Shown here piece by piece: positions 13,759-20,595 of a DNA stretch of 20,595 nucleotides (positions are counted from its first letter, which is position 1; each line of letters starts with the position of its first letter). The stretch spans positions 1-20,595 of the forward strand of contig CAZVVZ010000003.1 in the NCBI GenBank assembly GCA_964631135.1, written 5' to 3'. Below the pieces are notes generated by a model that was not told where the DNA came from, did no database searches, and saw only the letters and a program-made list of their open reading frames with translations. Source of the stretch: an uncultured Eubacteriales bacterium. Lineage in GTDB: Bacteria; Bacillota; Clostridia; TANB77; RGIG9151. The position numbers and the translations under genes are program-made.

Positions 13759-15606
13759 ATGGGAAAGATTATTGTTTTAGATGAACTTACTTCGAATCAG
13801 ATAGCTGCGGGAGAAGTGGTTGAAAGACCTGCTTCTGTTGCTAAAGAAATGATAGAAAATTCTATTGATGCAGGTGCAACTTCTATTTCTGTTGAAGTTG
13901 AAAATGGCGGTATTTCTTTTTTGCGGATTTCAGATAATGGCTCCGGAATTGAAAAAGACGATATGGAACTTGCATTTGAGCGACATGCGACGAGTAAAAT
14001 ACGTTCTGCAAATGATTTGAAGACTATTTCGTCTTTTGGATTTAGAGGAGAAGCTTTAGCAAGTGTTGCTTCTGTTGCCGAAGTTGAGATGATTTCTAAG
14101 TTTAAAGGTCAGAGTGTGGGAAATAGATTAGTTATTCGTGGAGGTAGAGTGATTGATGAAAATGAAATCGGCTGCAATCAAGGAACTATTATGACTGTAC
14201 GTGATTTATTTTATAATACTCCTGCCAGATATAAATTTTTAAAGAAAGATTATACAGAAGCTGGATATATTGAAGATATTGTTTCTAAGATGGCATTGAT
14301 TCATTCAGATATTGCATTTAAATATGTAAATTCTAAAAAAGTCATAATACAGACTTCTGGAGACGGAAATATTATTAATGCTGTTTATAGTGTGTATGGA
14401 AAAGATATTGCTAAAAATGTTATTCCTTTTGAAACGGAATTTGAGAATATAAAAGTTTATGGAGTTGCCGGGAAGGCAGATACTGCAAGGAGTAACAGAA
14501 GTAATCAGATATTTTTTGTTAATGGTAGGTACATCAAGAATAAAACAATGTCGAGTGCGGTTGAAAATGCCTATCAGACGGTTGCACCTGCCGGGAAATT
14601 CCCGTTTGTTGTTGTGGATGTTGAGGTTAATACTGAGCTGGTTGATGTTAATGTGCATCCGACTAAGACGGAAGTTAGATTTTCAGATGAAAGTTTAATA
14701 TATAGAGCTGTATATAATGCTATTCGCTCTACGGTTTTAAATCAAGATTTAATTCCGGAGGAGAAAGAATCCGAGGAAGATGAGCCTAAAAAAACTATTA
14801 CGGATTTATTTTCTTCATATAAGAAAGTTGGTACATATGGAGCACGTCCGACTAATAATGTTGTTCAAAAACCTGTATATAGTTATCAGCCTACTATTAA
14901 GAGGGAAGAAAATAGAGGAATCAATTATTTTTCGCCTAAAACTGTACAAGATGATGTATATCAGCCTATTAGGGAAAGAAATGAGACGTTATTTTCCAGT
15001 GACAAATCAATTGTGAGCGATAATATAAAGGACTATAATGTTATTGGAACGGTGTTTTCAACATATATTTTAGTGCAGCAGCACGATGATTTTTATATAA
15101 TAGACCAACATGCTGCACATGAACGGGTTATGTATGAAAAACTGGTTAAGAAGATTCGTGAAGGAATAAATACAAAACAGATGCTTATGATTCCTGAAAT
15201 TGTTGAACTTAAAAACAACGAGATTGACATAGTTAATTCCAATAGAAGTATTTTTGATAAAGCAGGGTTTGAACTAGAGGAGTTTGGCGGTAACTCGTTT
15301 AAAATTTCGGCAGTCCCAAATGAAATTACGGGTATTGCAATTAAAGAACTATTTTGCGATTTGGTAGATAGCCTTCAGAAAGAAAGTGGAGTGAAGGAAG
15401 ACGACAGAGTAGAATACTTTGTATTTACTATGGCTTGTAAAGCTGCGGTTAAGGCAAACATGAATTTAGATAATAAGGAAATTGAAGCTTTGATTGACCA
15501 GATGATGGCTCTTGAAAATCCCTTTACATGTCCGCACGGAAGACCTACAGCTATTAAAATTACAAAAAGTGAAATGGAGAAAAAGTTTAAGAGGAGTGGC
15601 TTTTGA
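13759..15606 (+). CDS. mutL: DNA mismatch repair endonuclease MutL
   Basis: GHKL ATPase N-terminus (NQIAAGEVVERPASVAKEMIENSIDAGA, DNGSGI, GFRGEAL). The C-terminal endonuclease motifs are DQHAAHERVMYE, ACKAAVKAN and CPHGRP. Confidence 0.95.
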   Translation: MGKIIVLDELTSNQIAAGEVVERPASVAKEMIENSIDAGATSISVEVENGGISFLRISDNGSGIEKDDMELAFERHATSKIRSANDLKTISSFGFRGEALASVASVAEVEMISKFKGQSVGNRLVIRGGRVIDENEIGCNQGTIMTVRDLFYNTPARYKFLKKDYTEAGYIEDIVSKMALIHSDIAFKYVNSKKVIIQTSGDGNIINAVYSVYGKDIAKNVIPFETEFENIKVYGVAGKADTARSNRSNQIFFVNGRYIKNKTMSSAVENAYQTVAPAGKFPFVVVDVEVNTELVDVNVHPTKTEVRFSDESLIYRAVYNAIRSTVLNQDLIPEEKESEEDEPKKTITDLFSSYKKVGTYGARPTNNVVQKPVYSYQPTIKREENRGINYFSPKTVQDDVYQPIRERNETLFSSDKSIVSDNIKDYNVIGTVFSTYILVQQHDDFYIIDQHAAHERVMYEKLVKKIREGINTKQMLMIPEIVELKNNEIDIVNSNRSIFDKAGFELEEFGGNSFKISAVPNEITGIAIKELFCDLVDSLQKESGVKEDDRVEYFVFTMACKAAVKANMNLDNKEIEALIDQMMALENPFTCPHGRPTAIKITKSEMEKKFKRSGF

Positions 15607-16541
15607 TGAAACCCAAAGTATTAGTTATTGCCGGTCCTACAGCTTCAGGGAAAACGAAGGTGGCTGTTGAACTCGCAAAACGTATAGATGGTGAGATTAT
15701 ATCGGCAGATTCTATGCAAATTTATAAGTATATGAATATAGGCACAGCTAAGCCTACTGAGGAAGAAAAAGAAAATATTCCGCATTATATGTTGGATATT
15801 TTAGACGTGGGAGATAGTTTTAGTGTTGCTCAATATAAAGAGAGGGCAAATAAATATATAGAAGAAATCCTGAATAGGGGTAAAACACCGATTATTGCAG
15901 GCGGAACCGGGTTATATATAAATAGTATAACAGAAGAAATAAATTATGATGAGAAGGCAGAAGAAAATAAAGAATTTAGAGAAGAACTAGAGAAAATTGC
16001 CGAGAAGTATGGTAATGACAGACTTTACGAGGAACTTGGCAGGGTAGATGAAGAAGCGGTAAAACGGATACATATAAATGATACTAAACGTATTATACGG
16101 GCATTAGAGGTTTTTAAAACAACAGGGACTACTATTACAGAGCACCAAAAAATGTCTAAACAAAACGAGAAAAAATACGATTATAAAATAGTGGGGTTAT
16201 ATATAGAAAGAGAAAAGTTATATGAACGTATAAATAAAAGAGTAGATTTGATGATGGAGCAGGGGCTACTTAGCGAGGCTGAAAATGTTATAAAGATGAT
16301 AAGCGATAAAGGAAAGCTTACATCTTTTCAAGCGATAGGTTATAAGGAGTTTGTACCGTATTTTAACGGGGAAATCAGCTTAGATGAGGCGATTTTGAAT
16401 ATTAAACAAGAGTCGAGAAGATATGCGAAACGGCAGATTACATGGTTTAAGAGGACAAACGGGTTGGAGTGGTTTAATGCTTTGGAAGGCTTTGACAGAC
16501 TTATAGAAAATATTATTGAATTTTTTAAGAAGGAAATGTAA
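15606..16541 (+). CDS. miaA: tRNA dimethylallyltransferase MiaA
   Basis: P-loop GPTASGKT, DSMQIYKYMNIGTAKP, and GGTGLY. ATG 15606 overlaps the mutL TGA. The ORF track starts 3 nt earlier, at a TTG. Confidence 0.95.
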   Translation: MKPKVLVIAGPTASGKTKVAVELAKRIDGEIISADSMQIYKYMNIGTAKPTEEEKENIPHYMLDILDVGDSFSVAQYKERANKYIEEILNRGKTPIIAGGTGLYINSITEEINYDEKAEENKEFREELEKIAEKYGNDRLYEELGRVDEEAVKRIHINDTKRIIRALEVFKTTGTTITEHQKMSKQNEKKYDYKIVGLYIEREKLYERINKRVDLMMEQGLLSEAENVIKMISDKGKLTSFQAIGYKEFVPYFNGEISLDEAILNIKQESRRYAKRQITWFKRTNGLEWFNALEGFDRLIENIIEFFKKEM

Positions 16542-16614
16542 AAATGTTGTCGGGGCGGCTTTTGATGTGGATATTACGTTGTATTATTAAATTATTTAAG
16601 GAGGAGATATAAAA

Positions 16615-16863
16615 ATGGCAGGAGCAAATTTACAAGATCTATTTTTAAACCAAGTGAGGAAAGAGAGAACGGTTGTAAGCATTTATTTAACCAGTGGATT
16701 TCAGCATAGAGGTGTGGTTAAAGGGTTTGATAATTATGCAATTATGTTAGAAAATGATGGTAAGCAGTTTTTGGTTTATAAGCATGCGGTTGCAACAATT
16801 ACACCGTCTAAGCCTATTAAAACTATGCTTGGGACAGAAGACCAACCAATAGAATTTATTTAA
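16615..16863 (+). CDS. hfq: RNA chaperone Hfq
   Basis: Sm1/Sm2 motifs ([23 protein letters not shown]...VYKHAVATI). AAGGAGG RBS upstream. The miaA-hfq synteny is conserved. Confidence 0.95.
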   Translation: MAGANLQDLFLNQVRKERTVVSIYLTSGFQHRGVVKGFDNYAIMLENDGKQFLVYKHAVATITPSKPIKTMLGTEDQPIEFI

Positions 16864-16887
16864 AAATAAAATTTTTACGGAGGAAAA

Positions 16888-18129
16888 ATGGAGACTGCAA
16901 ATAAGGTCTATACAAGGAAAAAAAGAACAAAATTAAAATGGGGTAGATTTGTAATATTTGCACTTGCTGTAGCATATATTATAATGTTTGTCTACACCTT
17001 TTTTGCGCAACGTATAGACGGAAAAGTCAATATAACATATGGCAAACTGGAGGCAAAAGAAACAGTTACAGGATATATAACCAGAAATGAGCATATTGTT
17101 TCGGCGGACATTACAGGAGAGCTGTATCCTATTGTATCTGAAGGAGAGAGAGTTTCTAAATCCCAAAGTGTTGCAGTTATTAAAAACGAAAATAGTGATT
17201 ATATAGAAGAAAAAATAAAGGAGATAAAAGACAAGCTTTCACAGCTTTCTACTCCTGAATTATTTAATAATGATATAAAATTATTGGACAGTGAAGTCAG
17301 CAGTTCTTTAAATACTTTAATGCTGGGAAATTATAATGAAAATTTTTCAACATTAACATCTGTGAGAAATAAAATTGAGGATAAACTTAGCAAAAAAGCA
17401 GTAATAATCGGTGAGTCGGGGGCAAAGGGCACTATTGAAAACAATTATTATGAAGAGCTGAAAAAATATGAAAGCCAGCTAACTTCTACTCGAGAGGAAC
17501 TTGTTGCACCTATAGCCGGAACTGTTGCTTATAAATTAGATGGATATGAAGAAGTTTTTGCTTATAGTGCAATCGGAGATTATGATGTTGAGACATTAGA
17601 AGAAATGCAAGTACCTTCCGGTGAGTTAGTAGGAACAACTAAGCCGAACAGTTTTAAGATAGTAGACAATATAGAAGGCTATATTACGGTCATATCAACT
17701 TCTAAAGAAGCATTAGAGGTTAAAGTAGACCAGAAAGTACGGCTAAGGTTTCCGGAGATAAGTAGTGAAGAAATAACCGGTAAAATTGAGTATGTAACAG
17801 TAGAGAATGATAAAGCAATTATTACATTTAGAATAAATAGAATGATTGAAGAACTGATAAATTACAGGAAGACTAAGGTAGAACTTATATGGGATAGTGA
17901 GGAAGGAATGATAGTCCCGACTACAGCTATTAAAAAGGAAGAAAACGGAGTTAATAAAATATTCGTCATTAACGGAAAGAGGGCAATAGAAAAGCAAGTA
18001 AATATTTTGCTTGAGGCTGATGGCCAAGCTATAATTGAAAGCGATTCCGGATACAATGTTATTTTATATGATGCAATTGTAGAAAATGCGAGAGATATAA
18101 GTTCCAATAAAATAATTATTTCTGATTAA
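16888..18129 (+). CDS. HlyD-type membrane-fusion (periplasmic adaptor-like) protein, single N-terminal TM
   Basis: TM helix FVIFALAVAYIIMFVYTFF. Split lipoyl-like halves (VTGYITRNEHIVSADITGELYPIVSEGERVSKSQSVAVI and LVAPIAGTVAYKLDGYEE) flank a coiled-coil region, followed by a C-terminal beta-rich domain. No transporter partner is adjacent. Confidence 0.65.
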   Translation: METANKVYTRKKRTKLKWGRFVIFALAVAYIIMFVYTFFAQRIDGKVNITYGKLEAKETVTGYITRNEHIVSADITGELYPIVSEGERVSKSQSVAVIKNENSDYIEEKIKEIKDKLSQLSTPELFNNDIKLLDSEVSSSLNTLMLGNYNENFSTLTSVRNKIEDKLSKKAVIIGESGAKGTIENNYYEELKKYESQLTSTREELVAPIAGTVAYKLDGYEEVFAYSAIGDYDVETLEEMQVPSGELVGTTKPNSFKIVDNIEGYITVISTSKEALEVKVDQKVRLRFPEISSEEITGKIEYVTVENDKAIITFRINRMIEELINYRKTKVELIWDSEEGMIVPTTAIKKEENGVNKIFVINGKRAIEKQVNILLEADGQAIIESDSGYNVILYDAIVENARDISSNKIIISD

Positions 18130-18246
18130 ATTTAATTAGAGTATAAAGTTTTTTGAATGATTACCGATATTATAACTGAGTAATTACAAAAGAAATGTAT
18201 TGGCATGATGCTAATATACAAATATACTTTACAAGGAGGTTTGAAT

Positions 18247-18711
18247 ATGTCAGCTTTAATCAACAAGATGTTGAATTTAGTCGGTTTTGATCCAGAACCT
18301 GACGATGAGCCACTCACGGAGGAGGAAGGTTACAATTCAAATACATCAGCGACAGCTTCGCAAGAAAATACAAGAGGAAATTATAATCCGTTTAGAAAAA
18401 ATTCTAAGGTAGTTAATTTGACTGATTCTAATCAGCTTAAATTAGTGGTAATGCAGCCTAGTTCTTTTGAGGATGCACCTGATATTTGCACTCATTTAAA
18501 AGAAAAGAAACCTGTTGTTGTCAACTTAGAATATGTAGATAAGGATACTGCGAGGAGATTGATAGATTTCTTTAGTGGTGCGGTGTATGGAGTAGATGGG
18601 CATATTGAGAAAGTGTCAGCGTCTATCTTTTTACTTGTTCCGTACAACGTAGATATTTTAAATACTACAAGAGAAGATAGAAATAAAGGAGCATTTCCTT
18701 GGATAAAATAA
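18247..18711 (+). CDS. sepF: cell division protein SepF
   Basis: The N-terminal amphipathic MSALINKMLNLVGF and the conserved C-terminal domain (VVVNLEYVDKDTARRLIDFFSGAVYGVDGHIEKVSASIFLLVP) are present. AAGGAGG (18233-18239) lies 7 nt before ATG 18247, so the ORF-track start at 18205 is probably too far upstream. Confidence 0.9.
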   Translation: MSALINKMLNLVGFDPEPDDEPLTEEEGYNSNTSATASQENTRGNYNPFRKNSKVVNLTDSNQLKLVVMQPSSFEDAPDICTHLKEKKPVVVNLEYVDKDTARRLIDFFSGAVYGVDGHIEKVSASIFLLVPYNVDILNTTREDRNKGAFPWIK

Positions 18712-18788
18712 GATATAACTGAACATAGAAAATCAAGGTTCTTGCATTAAAGTAGGAGCCTTGTTGTGGTTAAACATGAAATTACATC

Positions 18789-18819
18789 AAAAAGTTACTA
18801 TTGACTAAAGTAACTTTTT
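18789..18819 (+). terminator. candidate rho-independent terminator after sepF
   Basis: AAAAAGTTACT (18789-18799), a 9-nt loop, AGTAACTTTTT (18809-18819). The stem is AT-rich. A second hairpin (CAAGGTTC / GAGCCTTG) lies at 18734-18763. Confidence 0.4.
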
Positions 18820-18857
18820 AGAATAAAATTATGAGTCAGAAAGGTTGGCGGATTTTT

Positions 18858-19292
18858 ATGCTTACACCTTTGGAGTTGGAAAAGAAAGAGTTTAAAGGCG
18901 GAATCGGCTATACAAAGCGGTCTGTTAATGAATTTTACGATAAGTTAAGAATTGACTATGAGAAACTTTATAAGGAAAATATTGAATTAAAAGATAAGAT
19001 AAATCTTTTAAATGAAGGAATTGGCCAGTATAAAGCTATGGAAGAAGTGTTAAAGACTTCTATGATAAATGCTCAGACTTCAGCGGAAGAAATTAAGAAA
19101 AATGCACAGGAAAAAGCTGAGAATATTATTCAAGAAGCTGAGTTTATGGCACAAAAAAACAGAGAGTTTTCCAACCAAGAAGTGATTGATGCAAAGGTAG
19201 AAGCGGAAAATATCCGAAAAGAGATGCAGGTATATAAGGCAAAAGTTGAAGCAATATTAAAATCTCAATTGGATTTGTTAAATGAATTATAA
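18858..19292 (+). CDS. divIVA: DivIVA domain-containing protein
   Basis: The N-terminus MLTPLELEKKEFKGGIGYTKRSVNEFYDKL matches the DivIVA lipid-binding motif (LTPLDI..K.F), followed by a coiled coil. Starting at ATG 18858 gives the canonical N-terminus, whereas the ORF track starts at 18831. Confidence 0.85.
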   Translation: MLTPLELEKKEFKGGIGYTKRSVNEFYDKLRIDYEKLYKENIELKDKINLLNEGIGQYKAMEEVLKTSMINAQTSAEEIKKNAQEKAENIIQEAEFMAQKNREFSNQEVIDAKVEAENIRKEMQVYKAKVEAILKSQLDLLNEL

Positions 19293-19423
19293 TTTATAAG
19301 GAGAATGTACTTAGAAGAAAAAAGTCTGAGAAATTTTAATATGTATTTTAGCTTTAGGAATATAGGCTAAAGTTTGTATTAAGATTTTTGAGGCTTTTAC
19401 TTTTTTTGAAAGGAAGAGATATA

Positions 19424-19912
19424 ATGGCATTAAATATAGTTTTAGTTGAACCTGAAATTCCGCAAAATACGGGGAATATAGGTAGGACCTGTGTGGCTAC
19501 AGGCTCTGTTTTACATCTTGTAAAACCTTTGGGCTTTGAAGTCACAGATAAGTATTTAAGGAGATCCGGAATGGATTACTGGAAAGACTTAGAAGTATAT
19601 TATTATGAAAATTTGCAAGAGTTTTTAGATATACATAAAAATAAGGAAATGTTTTTCTTTTCTACTAAGTCTAAGCAAAATCATACTCAAGTTAAATATC
19701 CGGATAATGCATTTTTATTGTTTGGAAAAGAGTCTAAGGGATTGCCTGAAGATTTATTATTAAATAATTTTGATAGATGTGTAAGAATTCCTATGCTTGG
19801 GAATACGAGGTCTCTTAACTTGTCAAACTCTGTTGCTGTTGCTGTATATGAGTATTATAGGCAAAAAGATTTTGAAGGATTGAAAGAAGTTAGTGAATAT
19901 TTTAAAGTATAG
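19424..19912 (+). CDS. trmL: tRNA (cytidine/uridine-34 2'-O)-methyltransferase TrmL (SpoU/TrmH family)
   Basis: The canonical N-terminus MALNIVLVEPEIPQNTGNIGRTC, then LLFGKESKGLPE and the SLNLSNSVAV knot motifs. ATG 19424 is preferred over the ORF-track start at 19388. Confidence 0.9.
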   Translation: MALNIVLVEPEIPQNTGNIGRTCVATGSVLHLVKPLGFEVTDKYLRRSGMDYWKDLEVYYYENLQEFLDIHKNKEMFFFSTKSKQNHTQVKYPDNAFLLFGKESKGLPEDLLLNNFDRCVRIPMLGNTRSLNLSNSVAVAVYEYYRQKDFEGLKEVSEYFKV

Positions 19913-19914
19913 GA

Positions 19915-20337
19915 GTGAATGCTTTGAAAAACATAGGTGCTTATAAAAAAATATGCATATTTGTTGGGATAATTTTAGGCTTAACGTTGGTGGCCATAGC
20001 ATATGAGTACATAAACTTAAAATATAATATCGGAATTCCATGTGCGGTTAATAAAGTATTTGGAATTTATTGTCCTGGGTGTGGACTTACCAGAGCATTG
20101 GGAGCTATGCTACGGCTGGATTTTATTCAAGCTTTTAAGTATAATGCGTTTTCGTTAGTTTTGATTCCTTTAATAGCTATAGTTTTTGTGACGTTTATTT
20201 GGGAATACATATTTGACAGAAGCAGTTTTATTTCTAAAATTCCAGTGGCTTTTTGGATTATTTTGCTTGGCAGTTTCTTTATTTATGGAATTGTGAGGAA
20301 TTTTATTCCTGTTTTGCAACCAACAAAATGTTACTGA
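19915..20337 (+). CDS. DUF2752 domain-containing membrane protein
   Basis: The CPGCGLTRA motif follows the first TM helix, with further TM helices downstream. The start is non-ATG, either GTG 19915 or TTG 19924, after AGGAG (19911-19915). Confidence 0.75.
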   Translation: MNALKNIGAYKKICIFVGIILGLTLVAIAYEYINLKYNIGIPCAVNKVFGIYCPGCGLTRALGAMLRLDFIQAFKYNAFSLVLIPLIAIVFVTFIWEYIFDRSSFISKIPVAFWIILLGSFFIYGIVRNFIPVLQPTKCY

Positions 20338-20519
20338 TTGCTTAGACAATTTATATAAGTAGCTATAGCTTTGGAAAAAACTTAATAGATTATATTTTAT
20401 ACTTGGGACGTTTTCAAAAATTAATCGTTTTCGATGTAAAATCTGTTGGATTTTGTTGATTTTTTAAAAATATTATGTTATCGTAATCTAGTGATATAAA
20501 TCTAAAGGGGGTATTTTAA

Positions 20520-20595
20520 ATGTTTTGTGCAAATTGTGGAAGTCAAAATCCGGATGGTGCAAATAACTGTTCAAATTGTGGTGCTAGCTTAAATA
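20520..20595 (+). CDS. zinc-ribbon domain protein, 5' end only (runs off window)
   Basis: MFCANCGSQNPDGANNCSNCGASL is a classic double CxxC zinc ribbon. AAAGGGGG RBS upstream. Confidence 0.5.
   Translation, partial: MFCANCGSQNPDGANNCSNCGASLN

Noticed and set aside
14305-15016. Alternative-frame and antisense ORFs inside mutL (117 aa minus strand, 79 and 78 aa plus strand).
   Set aside because: MutL is continuous and carries all conserved motifs in its own frame. The nested ORFs have no recognisable features or translation signals.
13759-15606. mutL is not preceded by mutS, although mutS-mutL operons are usual in Firmicutes. rluB lies upstream instead.
   Set aside because: This is a gene-order variation only. 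MutL looks intact, with endonuclease motifs, and mutS may simply be elsewhere in the genome. Nothing can be concluded from a 20-kb window.

Overview
AT-rich chromosomal segment from a low-GC, spore-forming Firmicute, probably Clostridia-like (yabP-yabQ-divIC-S1 gene order, abrB, sepF/divIVA, mutL-miaA-hfq). The left ~6.3 kb looks accessory. It holds the 3' part of a PD-(D/E)XK nuclease-family gene, a histidine phosphatase, and a tightly overlapping three-gene thiol-redox module: a 41-aa CXXC membrane peptide absent from the ORF track, a membrane polyferredoxin and a TlpA-type thioredoxin lipoprotein. It also holds a MutT/NudG-type Nudix gene translationally coupled to a 956-aa PLD-nuclease / SF2-helicase / DUF3427-type protein with the architecture of the Type IV restriction enzyme SauUSI. 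The remaining ~14 kb is core housekeeping: abrB, an S/T-rich orphan, yabP-yabQ-divIC-S1 protein, rho, lexA, a DUF21-CBS-CorC transporter, rluB, mutL-miaA-hfq, an orphan HlyD-type adaptor, sepF, divIVA, trmL, a DUF2752 protein and the start of a zinc-ribbon gene. I saw no rRNA, tRNA, CRISPR array, transposase or integrase. The most notable non-coding structures are a 157-bp near-perfect palindromic element between the divergent lexA and transporter promoters, and a family of hairpin-containing intergenic repeats (two 63-bp copies upstream of rho, plus a related ~70-bp segment there and at the helicase/abrB junction). All functional calls come from motif recognition by eye and no database search was possible. 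The best candidates for undescribed biology are the Nudix-Type IV enzyme pairing and the CXXC-peptide/polyferredoxin/TlpA module.
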